Of a stretch of DNA of 64,000 nt, positions 56,017 through 63,837 are shown one piece after another. The DNA comes from Bacillota bacterium (GTDB lineage: Bacteria > Bacillota > Clostridia > Christensenellales > CAG-314), in the NCBI GenBank assembly GCA_023458375.1, contig JAEWZT010000006.1, positions 85,931-149,930 on the forward strand. The letters run 5' to 3'. The position numbers were made by a program, and so were the translations under genes. Positions within the stretch are counted from its first letter, which is position 1. Every line of letters begins with the position of its first letter. Below the pieces are notes generated by a model. That model was not told where the DNA came from, searched no databases, and worked only from the letters and a program-made list of their open reading frames with translations.

Positions 56017-59000
56017 CTACCCTAGTAATATTACCTCAAAATCTCTGTAAAAAGTGTAGCTTCCCACCGTTATTTTTGCCCTTAAAACCGTTGAGGAGGA
56101 GGTGCCCGTACCGCTGAATAAGTTTGTGTATCTGTAAACAAAGTCGCTTCCGATTGCAACTTTACTTAATTCTGTTTCTGCGTTGTTTTTTATTTCAAAC
56201 CATTCAATGCCGTATGGGTTGTCTGTTGGGGAAGACGAAACATAAACCTTGCTGGTAAGCAAAGTGTATATGCTGTTTGAAGAACCTATTTCCTTTAAGT
56301 AAAAGAGATAGTTCAATATAGTTATTTCTTCTTGCGTAAGTTCAGTTTCAAAAAGCGTCCTTTCGCCGCTTAGCGTATAATAAATTTCGGGGTACTCGCC
56401 CTTAGCGTTTTTATAGCCGTAATATATTTGCGAAAAAGTCGCAAGGTTGTTTTGGTAATTCATACCCGTTTTATGCAAATCAAGGTAACTCAGCTTCTTT
56501 AAGTTGAGATTGGTAAGCGCCCCTCCCTGCGTTAGGTTTCCGTTGCCCGAAAGGTCCAAATAGGTCAAATTTTTAAAGACGCCTATTAAGGAAATATCGC
56601 CCAAAGAGGCGTATTGCATCACCAGCTTTTCCAGCTTGGTATTATAAAGAGTAATTCTGTTGAAAAAGTTTCTGGCGTTATTTGCGCTGGTAAATATCGG
56701 CGTTAAGTCGCTGGGAGCGCCAAACACATAAAGCTCTTTAAGGTTTGTAAAATAGCTAAGCCCCTTTGCGTAAGCGTCAATTATGGTAACGTAGGGGTAG
56801 TAAAGCGTTTGGTAGTATTCCTCGTCGCTTATCTCTTCAATTCTATGAGCTTTAAAGAAATATTCGCTGTTTTTGCTGTCGTAACTTAAAATATACGCTA
56901 GGTTTTGCGTAAAATCGCCGTCTTCGCCCATATATAAATAGACGCTTCCCAATTGGCTTTGCTGCGCGCTTGTAAGCGCATTATACATTTCCTGCGAAGA
57001 AGATAATTCCGTTACGGAAGTTTCTTCAAAGTAATAGTTGGGCGCGTTAAAACTTAAACGGTAATAGGCGTTTTTTGTATACGCCGCGCTGCCTGTGCCG
57101 GTAAATTGATAAATTGAGCCTATCTGCGTTTTGTCGGCGCTTGCAATGACGCCATTCATGCCGCGCAAAATCTTTTGGGTAATATTGAGCAGGCTAAGGT
57201 TTTCCGTTTCGCCCTGAGCGTTTTGGTAAAACTGGTTGAGTAGCGCTATGCCGTCGTCGGTAAAGACGTCAACTTGCGGCACGTTGGCGTTCCAAAGGGT
57301 TGCAAAACCGCTATGTGCGGCTGGCAGAGCCTTGTTCCAAAACTCAAATAAAACATCTTTTTCTTCAAAAGAAACGGTAGCTTTGCCGTCGGAGTAATTT
57401 GAAGACGTTGAAGAAAGGTAACTAATGCCCGCCGCTGTTCCCGCGGTGGAAATGCCGCTTCCCTTTGCCCAGTTGAGCAGCGTATTGTAGCGGTTGGCGA
57501 TTATGCTTTTCATTGCGGAAACTATTGCGGTTTGAAGCGCGTCGTCGTAAGTGTATTTAGCAGTAGAAGCTAAACCCGCGTCAAAGTAGCCGTAAGTTGT
57601 GCTGCCGGAACTGAAAGTTCCGTCGGCTATATAGCGGCATAGAATGTAAAGGTGTCCGTTGGTATAAGTTGAGGTGGTAGTGCCCGTATAGATGTATCCT
57701 TTGCGGTAATTGGAGCTTCCGCTATTGAGGTTGGTGGTCATTTGGCTTTCGCTGGCGTTTGTAGCGGGGGTAAGCAAAACGTAAAAATCCGAGTTACTTG
57801 GCAGGCTCAAAGCGTTCCTTGCCGATTCCCAAGCATTAGCAAACTCTTTAAAACCTATATTAGAGCCGGCATACGCCGCTACAATGTCGGCAATTTCCTG
57901 CGTTGTAACGCCGGGGTTTATCCTTTCCGTTGTAGTCGCTGTGCTTTTGCCCAGCGACGCGCCGTAATCTGACATCAAAGTGTATTTTTTTGTAAACCCC
58001 AAAAACGTGGTATGGTAGCTTGTGCCCCTTGCCCAGTCAATATATTCCGAAAAGGTGTCGGTAGGAGTGCTTGTGGTGTTAAAGGGCAGCGAAAGGTTTA
58101 CAAACTTCGCCAAAAACTGCGTAATGCCGTTTGTTGGGGAATTGAGCAGTAAATCAATATCTTCTGTTCTTAAATTGTATGCTTTTGTTGTCGCGGCGCT
58201 CCATTGTGTGTCAAAGCCGTCGTATCTGCCCAAAAATGCCGCTATCGCCTCTTTTTCTTCCGCCGAAATAAACACATTGCCGTCGGAAACGTTTTGGGCA
58301 TAATCACTGCCCTCAAAAAAGGACATAACCGACTGGACTTCCTGCCCCGCGTTGGTTATGGAAGTCGCCCAGCCTAAAAGCGCCGTAAACAGCTGTTCGG
58401 GAGAACCGTTTTGAAAAACAAGCGCCGAAACAAGTTTGACGTCCCTCATTAAGATATAGTCCCAATTTGCAATGGAACTTACGTCAACTTCGCCGTCAAT
58501 TATGCCAATATCCAACTGCTCGTTTTGGGGTAGCTGCTGCCATACTTGGAGCTTTATGGCGTTATATATTTCCTCGTTTGAAAAGCCCTCCGAGTCTTGT
58601 TTCAAAACTGCGGGCGCGTTAAAGTATAGATTTCTGCTTTCGTCCACCCCTTCCAAAGAGGGCTTGTAAACCCTTACCGTTAAAGCCGCCGCCGTGTCTG
58701 TGGAATTAAAATTGGAGGCGTTTATGCCTATGATATATTTACCGCTGCCGTTAGAGGTTACAGAGGACACAATACCCTGCGAATAGGCGTAGCTGTATTC
58801 TATATCAAAGCCGTTATAGCTTGAAGGAAGAAGGAAATCTCCCTTTTCCACCTGCATACCGTAAAGCACGCGGGTGTCAATGATATTTTGCAGCACGTCA
58901 ACGCCCGAAAGACAGCTTGAAACGTAGTCAAAAACGTTGTCCAATAACTCCGCGTTTTCGCCAAGCTCAATTTTAATGCCTATGCTGCCCGTGTATGATT

Positions 59001-60876
59001 CCGTGCCGAAATACCCCGTTACGCTAACTTGCGCGTAAACTTGAAAAGTGGGTTCTTTTAAATATATCTCCGTCGGTTTTGTAGCTTCCAAAGCGTCGGC
59101 GTCGCCCATTTGCAAATAGTAAAAGCTCGGGTCAACCTGGTATTGCAAAGCGGTAAGCCCCAGCTCCTTGCCCCCCGTAAACTTGGTGTAATGATTTTCA
59201 TCGCTTTCGTCAACTACGGGCAAAACAAAGGAAGAACCCGTTTGGGGGTAAACGTCTAAAAGCTTTATGGGGTTTAAACGCGCAAGCAAATACAAAAACT
59301 TCATTTCGTTGTCTTGGCGCACCACATAAAAACGGAACACTTCGTAATAAAGGTCTTCGTTTATCTTAATTGTCGCCGTTAAGAATACTTCACCCTCCGC
59401 CTTTTCTTCTATTTTCCCGCTGTTGGAAATCAAGCTTGTATTGCTGCTTTTCCAGCTTATCGAAGCGTTGAGCGCCTCAATTCTTAAAGGCAAAAAAAGG
59501 TCATAGGTAATGTTGGGCACGCTGCCGTCCCCGCTGCCGCCGGGAATATGCTGCAAGTAATCAGCCTTCAAAGCTTCAAAAGCGCCCTCGTCTTCCCCCA
59601 CCAGTTTAAAAATAATCTTTTCGCCGTCAAGCGTTAAAGAAGTGTTGACTGAATTGTAAAGGGAAGGCGGGGTAAGCAAGCCCGTAGAGTTTTCAAAAGA
59701 ATAGGGCGCGTCAAGCGGAATTTCAAAGGCAATGTCGCCTTTCATGTTTTGGCAGTAGCAATAAAGCGCCCCCAAAGGCTCAAAGCTTTGCGCGCCGTAA
59801 AGCCTTAGATTGGAAAGTTTTGACAAAAATCTCTCTTTCATGAGCTTTGCGGCAAGCGCGCCGTTATACTGTAAACCGTTTTCGCCGTCGCTAACAATGT
59901 CAAAGTTATAAAACGCATAATCTTTTACGCTGTCGGCAAAGTCAACAACGCCAAAGGGGTTGTTTAATAAAAAACCGCCCGCGTCGGCTGATTCGCCCTC
60001 GTTTACAAAAACCTTGCTTGAAATAAAATTGCGCGAGCTTTTTACCGTTAAAATGCCTTGGTGCAATAAATTGATGTAAAAACCGTTAAAGGTAATATGA
60101 TGCCCCCTTAAATCTATGGCGCAGGGATTGGAGGCGTTTAATGCTTGCAATTGAAGCTTTTGCAGCTTTGTTAAATATTCGGCGTCTTCTGAATCAAGGT
60201 CGGAAGCTAACTCGCTTAAATCAATATCAGCCGTTAAAATAATTGTCTTAAAAATATCGCTCTCTGCCGAAATATCGTAAAGCGCGTAGCGCAAATCCTT
60301 TGCGGAACTTACAAATATAACCTTGTTTACGTCGTAGTTTTGCGCGTAGCTTAAAATATTTACTTTGCAGCTTTTATCTTCAAAATAAGAGCCGTCAGCC
60401 GCGTTATGCAGCTCAAAGGTCAGAGTATGCTCTTCGGAAGAGGGGGAAGACGCGCTTCCCTTTAAAAGATAAAAATCATTATCAATTTTGTGTTCGCCCT
60501 TTTGAGCAAGCTGCGCCAGCGTCCCCAAATATTCGCCGTCAAAATAGACTAAAATTACCTTTTCAAGACCGTCCTCGCCCTCGGCGCGTTGGTCCATTAA
60601 AGCAATTCCGAAAAAATAATGATAATACTCGGAAGAAGTGTTTGAAATGGTTATGGGAATCTCTTTCTTTTCCCCGGGGTATGTAAACTTAAAATCGGTA
60701 ACCAAGTTTTCAAAGGAAGTTGAAACGCCCCAATCTATTTCGTGAATAATTACGTCGGAACCTATTGGCACGCTGCTTGTAAAAAACGCCGCGAAAACGG
60801 ATGTGGCAAACACTGCCGTCAGCAGAAGTACCGCCGCTATTGTTAAAGCTATTGTTTTTATGCGCGTATTGTTCAT
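56017..60876 (-). CDS. giant secreted protein with TasA-like N-domain and C-terminal LRRs (gene 1)
   Basis: 1619 aa. The signal ends ATSVFAAFFTSSVPIGSD and is followed by a TasA-like beta domain (FKFTYPGEKKEIPITISNTS). LRRs are at about 56446..56763 (FTNLKELYV, NLTYLDLSGNGNLT, LSYLDLHKTGM). Cysteine-poor (a few Cys only), with no LPXTG motif. Confidence 0.6.
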   Translation of the reverse strand: MNNTRIKTIALTIAAVLLLTAVFATSVFAAFFTSSVPIGSDVIIHEIDWGVSTSFENLVTDFKFTYPGEKKEIPITISNTSSEYYHYFFGIALMDQRAEGEDGLEKVILVYFDGEYLGTLAQLAQKGEHKIDNDFYLLKGSASSPSSEEHTLTFELHNAADGSYFEDKSCKVNILSYAQNYDVNKVIFVSSAKDLRYALYDISAESDIFKTIILTADIDLSELASDLDSEDAEYLTKLQKLQLQALNASNPCAIDLRGHHITFNGFYINLLHQGILTVKSSRNFISSKVFVNEGESADAGGFLLNNPFGVVDFADSVKDYAFYNFDIVSDGENGLQYNGALAAKLMKERFLSKLSNLRLYGAQSFEPLGALYCYCQNMKGDIAFEIPLDAPYSFENSTGLLTPPSLYNSVNTSLTLDGEKIIFKLVGEDEGAFEALKADYLQHIPGGSGDGSVPNITYDLFLPLRIEALNASISWKSSNTSLISNSGKIEEKAEGEVFLTATIKINEDLYYEVFRFYVVRQDNEMKFLYLLARLNPIKLLDVYPQTGSSFVLPVVDESDENHYTKFTGGKELGLTALQYQVDPSFYYLQMGDADALEATKPTEIYLKEPTFQVYAQVSVTGYFGTESYTGSIGIKIELGENAELLDNVFDYVSSCLSGVDVLQNIIDTRVLYGMQVEKGDFLLPSSYNGFDIEYSYAYSQGIVSSVTSNGSGKYIIGINASNFNSTDTAAALTVRVYKPSLEGVDESRNLYFNAPAVLKQDSEGFSNEEIYNAIKLQVWQQLPQNEQLDIGIIDGEVDVSSIANWDYILMRDVKLVSALVFQNGSPEQLFTALLGWATSITNAGQEVQSVMSFFEGSDYAQNVSDGNVFISAEEKEAIAAFLGRYDGFDTQWSAATTKAYNLRTEDIDLLLNSPTNGITQFLAKFVNLSLPFNTTSTPTDTFSEYIDWARGTSYHTTFLGFTKKYTLMSDYGASLGKSTATTTERINPGVTTQEIADIVAAYAGSNIGFKEFANAWESARNALSLPSNSDFYVLLTPATNASESQMTTNLNSGSSNYRKGYIYTGTTTSTYTNGHLYILCRYIADGTFSSGSTTYGYFDAGLASTAKYTYDDALQTAIVSAMKSIIANRYNTLLNWAKGSGISTAGTAAGISYLSSTSSNYSDGKATVSFEEKDVLFEFWNKALPAAHSGFATLWNANVPQVDVFTDDGIALLNQFYQNAQGETENLSLLNITQKILRGMNGVIASADKTQIGSIYQFTGTGSAAYTKNAYYRLSFNAPNYYFEETSVTELSSSQEMYNALTSAQQSQLGSVYLYMGEDGDFTQNLAYILSYDSKNSEYFFKAHRIEEISDEEYYQTLYYPYVTIIDAYAKGLSYFTNLKELYVFGAPSDLTPIFTSANNARNFFNRITLYNTKLEKLVMQYASLGDISLIGVFKNLTYLDLSGNGNLTQGGALTNLNLKKLSYLDLHKTGMNYQNNLATFSQIYYGYKNAKGEYPEIYYTLSGERTLFETELTQEEITILNYLFYLKEIGSSNSIYTLLTSKVYVSSSPTDNPYGIEWFEIKNNAETELSKVAIGSDFVYRYTNLFSGTGTSSSTVLRAKITVGSYTFYRDFEVILLG

Positions 60877-60887
60877 CCTATCCTTTC

Positions 60888-60926
60888 AAAAAAAAGCCGC
60901 ATTAACAAAAAACTGCTAATTACGGC
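60888..60926 (-). terminator. second intrinsic terminator in the operon leader
   Basis: The minus strand reads GCCGTA(A)TTAGCA-gttttt-TGTTAATGCGGC followed by T8. It ends 11 nt before the ATG, directly adjoining the GAAAGGA RBS. Confidence 0.65.
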
Positions 60927-60937
60927 AACTGGCTGTC
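60923..60937 (-). repeat. 15-nt direct repeat copy 2 (GACAGCCAGTTGCCG)
   Basis: Exact copy of the aptamer 3' strand, positioned as the 5' flank/arm of terminator 2. Confidence 0.9.
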
Positions 60938-60938
60938 C

Positions 60939-61050
60939 AAAATAAAGAAAAGCGCCGAAATAACTAACGTTATTTTCGGCAACTGGCTGTCTCTTTCGGG
61001 ACCCTATAGCTTTGCGTCGCCACCTTACGGATAGCTTTGCTTTGATTCAC
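60939..61050 (-). promoter_or_regulatory. c-di-GMP-I (GEMM-I) riboswitch with terminator 1
   Basis: The minus strand reads CAAAGCAAAGCTATCC-GTAA-GGTGGCGACGCAAAGCTATAGGGTCCCGAAAGAGACAGCCAGTTGCCGAAA, with a GNRA-capped P1 hairpin and the hallmark ACGCAAAGCUAUAGGGUC and CAGCCAGUUGCCGAA blocks. Terminator 1 is GCCGAAAATAAC-gtta-GTTATTTCGGC followed by TTTTCTTTATTTT. Confidence 0.85.
60977..60991 (-). repeat. 15-nt direct repeat copy 1 (GACAGCCAGTTGCCG, within aptamer)
   Basis: Identical to 60923..60937. The two copies are spaced 54 nt apart. Confidence 0.9.
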
Positions 61051-61056
61051 AAAAAG

Positions 61057-61085
61057 ATTATACAGCTCCTTTACAGTTTTGTCAA
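61057..61085 (-). promoter_or_regulatory. consensus sigma-A promoter (TTGACA-17-TATAAT) of the riboswitch/operon
   Basis: On the minus strand, TTGACA is at 61085..61080, followed by a 17-nt spacer and TATAAT at 61062..61057. The upstream flank is AT-rich and UP-like. Confidence 0.8.
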
Positions 61086-61255
61086 TAATAATATCAATGC
61101 TTTTTATTTCCCCTTGCCGTTAAACTATTAACTTTTATTACTTTTGGCTGCATTAAAAACGCAGTTTAATTTTTTCTTAGAATATAAGTTGTTTTTCCAT
61201 TTGATATACTATGTATTTTTAAATAAAATGTTTTGAGCACAACTAAACCAAAAAA

Positions 61256-61285
61256 GAAGCTTAAAACAGCTTCTTTTTGGAGCTA
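61256..61285 (-). terminator. intrinsic terminator directly after the tRNA-Thr fragment
   Basis: The minus strand reads AAGAAGCT-gtttta-AGCTTCTT followed by TTTTGG. Confidence 0.7.
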
Positions 61286-61287
61286 GT

Positions 61288-61332
61288 GGCCGGATTTGAA
61301 CCGGCAACCTGCGCATTACGAATAAAAAAAGT
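61288..61332 (-). other. tRNA-Thr(CGU) 3' fragment (anticodon loop to CCA); att-site-like remnant
   Basis: The minus strand reads TTCGTAA-TGCGC-AGGTT-GCCGG-TTCAAAT-CCGGC-CACTAGC-T-CCA. The 5' anticodon-stem strand, D-arm and acceptor 5' strand are absent; TTTTA appears where GCGCA is required. Confidence 0.75.
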
Positions 61333-61644
61333 TCCGCGAAATAGCGTTTTTAGCATGTGTAACAAGCCTGTTTTTTGTAGTTTGCACAGCTTACTTGGTA
61401 AGTTTTTTAAAATATCTGTAATTCGCCATATACCTAACTTTTCTGTTTTTCGTAAGTTCTTATAAAAAAGTTTTATAAAATTTTTATAAGACATTTTTAG
61501 AAATTTTACCAATTAGAGATAGCAAGTTTTACTAATAAGACAGAAAGCATTAAATTGGAAGTGCTAAAAATCGGCACTCCCTTTTAATTTAAAATACATT
61601 TTGCTATTAATCTTATAATGTCAACCAGCTTTCTGTTAGTAATT

Positions 61645-62439
61645 TCATTTCCTGATGTAATGGCTGCAAAACCCACTTTCGTCTATTCCATTAGTGCAGG
61701 TATATTGCCCATAATATTGACAAGAGGGGCATTTCGTAAATTTATTTGCCTGAATTTTTGCAGCCTTAGCCGTCGCCTCCTGCGCTTTGACTTCTCTTAA
61801 CCTTAGTTCCCGCTCCTCTTCTTGACGACGAATCTCACGCTCCTTTTCCCATCGTTCGTGATTTCTTTCACTCAATTTCTTTGCATAATCGGTGACTAAA
61901 CTCAAAATTTCTTTATCGTCGCTATCTTGATAAATACTCATGCAATTTATACCGTCTTTATTTAGCTGTGCAAATTTATTTAAATAAGAGTCGTCATTAT
62001 ATTTTGCTTTATAGTCTCCAAATTTTTCTGAATTATCATAGAAGATTCGAATAAAATCAATAAATCTGTCTGCCATTTCTTTGTTTGTCATGTTGCTTTG
62101 GTCGAGTTTTTTCAAGTCTTCAATAGAGGCTTGCATTGTCGCAAGCACTTCCTGCAACTCTTGCTCTGCTTGCTTTCTTTCTTTTTCCCTTTCTTCTGCC
62201 CGCCTTGCTTGGCTTGCGGCAGCCGCTGCATATATTGCCGCAGACTCCGCTTCTTGCTGTTTTTTTCCTTTACGAAACCATATAAGTACACCCACTACCG
62301 CGCCCACTACATATATAGGTATAACAAAAGCGGCAATAGGCTCTATAATTGAAAATATAATAAATACCACTACAGCCACAATTGCCCAAAACCACCATAA
62401 TTTGTAAAACGGCTTTTTCTCATTTGAATTATTTCCCAT
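61645..62439 (-). CDS. hypothetical membrane protein: 2 TM + coiled coil + C-terminal Cys/His cluster
   Basis: 264 aa with an N-terminal pair of hydrophobic helices, E/K/R-rich coiled-coil segments, and a C-terminal CPSCQYYGQYTCTNGIDESGFCSHY. Confidence 0.5.
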   Translation of the reverse strand: MGNNSNEKKPFYKLWWFWAIVAVVVFIIFSIIEPIAAFVIPIYVVGAVVGVLIWFRKGKKQQEAESAAIYAAAAASQARRAEEREKERKQAEQELQEVLATMQASIEDLKKLDQSNMTNKEMADRFIDFIRIFYDNSEKFGDYKAKYNDDSYLNKFAQLNKDGINCMSIYQDSDDKEILSLVTDYAKKLSERNHERWEKEREIRRQEEERELRLREVKAQEATAKAAKIQANKFTKCPSCQYYGQYTCTNGIDESGFCSHYIRK

Positions 62440-62694
62440 TTTTGAATACCACCTTTTTAAATTAATTATTAATGTTTAACGATAAATGTTTTTTACTTTA
62501 GTTTCCCTTGTTCCATTTTTTTCCCAAAGTTTCAAGTTCTTTTTATTGAGAAAAATTTTCTGACTTTTGTACATGTCAAAACAGTTGGTTTCGACAGCTA
62601 CGATTTATGTTTGTTGTTATCAATCCAAGTCACTCATGTATCACTTGAGTTGGAATATTTTCACGCCTACTTAATGCATCTCACTTAGTGCTGT

Positions 62695-63033
62695 TTATTT
62701 ATATAAAGCAGAATCTATTTGGTCTTTATATTGGTTGTTGATTTTTACTAATGAACTCTTGCCGTCCTTGAACTTTATAGTATAGGTCGTTTCAAGATTT
62801 GTGCTTGAATGAATGGAATAATTCTCTATATCAGTACCATCAAAACGATACTCTTCCGGCTTTGTAAAAAATATTAGCGCACTATTTAGCGGTTTGTTAC
62901 CAACACCTGCTATGGTAACAGTAGTTTTATCACTTTTAGACCCAGACCCCACCATAACGCCTTTGTAATCTCCTCCAACAACTTGTCCAATTTTTGGAAC
63001 CGCCGCCATTACCAAATTCTTTAAAAACCCCAT
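62695..63033 (-). CDS. hypothetical protein (112 aa)
   Basis: Open frame with a GGAG RBS. Beta-rich, with no recognisable motif. Confidence 0.4.
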   Translation of the reverse strand: MGFLKNLVMAAVPKIGQVVGGDYKGVMVGSGSKSDKTTVTIAGVGNKPLNSALIFFTKPEEYRFDGTDIENYSIHSSTNLETTYTIKFKDGKSSLVKINNQYKDQIDSALYK

Positions 63034-63242
63034 TTGTTTAATCTCCTTTGCCGATTTAATCCTACGGCTCGGTTATTTGCCTTTAATATAATATAAATTA
63101 CGACTATTTACAAGAAAAACAACAATATATGTCTATTTTTATTTTATTTTTACGCATATAACACTATTTAGCCAAGTCTGGTGTACAAGTTTGCTTTTGA
63201 CAAGGATTTATAATGGAATTATCAAAGATGCGAGGTAACTTT

Positions 63243-63635
63243 ATGAATAAAACCGATATTATCGACCGCATAGGGTATATAAGAGTTAGGGCAAAACTTA
63301 CCCAAAAAGCTTTATCCTTTGCAATAGATATGAATCCTAGTTATATAAACAGATTAGAAAGTAAAAAAGATTTTTTACCGAGTTTAGAAGTTTTATTAAA
63401 AATCATAGAGGCTTGCGGCAGCACGCCTGAGGAATTTTTTTACGGCGATTTGTCTAATTACGAAAAGGACAAACAGCTTTTAGAAAAATTAAAAACGCTC
63501 TCGGTTGAACAAATAGAAGCTCTTTTAAAATACGATACCGAACTTATGTATATATTTAATAGACTAAATAAACTTGGCGAAAAAATAGCGCCTGACGAGT
63601 TGGCAAAAATAACGCCTGTTGATAAGAAAAAATAA
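63243..63635 (+). CDS. XRE-family HTH regulator
   Basis: LTQKALSFAIDMNPSYINRLESKKDFLPSLEVLLKI matches a Cro/C1-type HTH. The likely start is MNKTDII at 63243. Confidence 0.75.
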   Translation: MNKTDIIDRIGYIRVRAKLTQKALSFAIDMNPSYINRLESKKDFLPSLEVLLKIIEACGSTPEEFFYGDLSNYEKDKQLLEKLKTLSVEQIEALLKYDTELMYIFNRLNKLGEKIAPDELAKITPVDKKK

Positions 63636-63837
63636 AGCGGCGACGAAAAATTAAAAAATATTATTGCCCGTTGGCAATCTTTCTTTATGTCAAATATAAC
63701 GCGTATTTTACACCGACACGCTAAAACCAATTATGCCGTTTATTTTTGCGAAATAGATGTCGAACTTTAAAAATATTTTTTCGTAAACGAGGTCTACATT
63801 TTATACTCTCAGTCAACTAACAGAGGTTAAAAGGTTA

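Noticed and set aside
51123-60876. Sortase (LPXTG) anchoring or type IV pilin (G/FTLxE) processing of the four operon proteins
   Set aside because: No LPXTG-like C-terminal sorting signal and no prepilin peptidase motif is present in any of the four sequences. The N-terminal motif fits the TasA/SipW class better.
61261-61512. ORFs 61261..61512 (-) and 61277..61465 (+)
   Set aside because: Both run through the tRNA-Thr fragment and its terminator. Their translations are dominated by K/F/L from AT-rich DNA.
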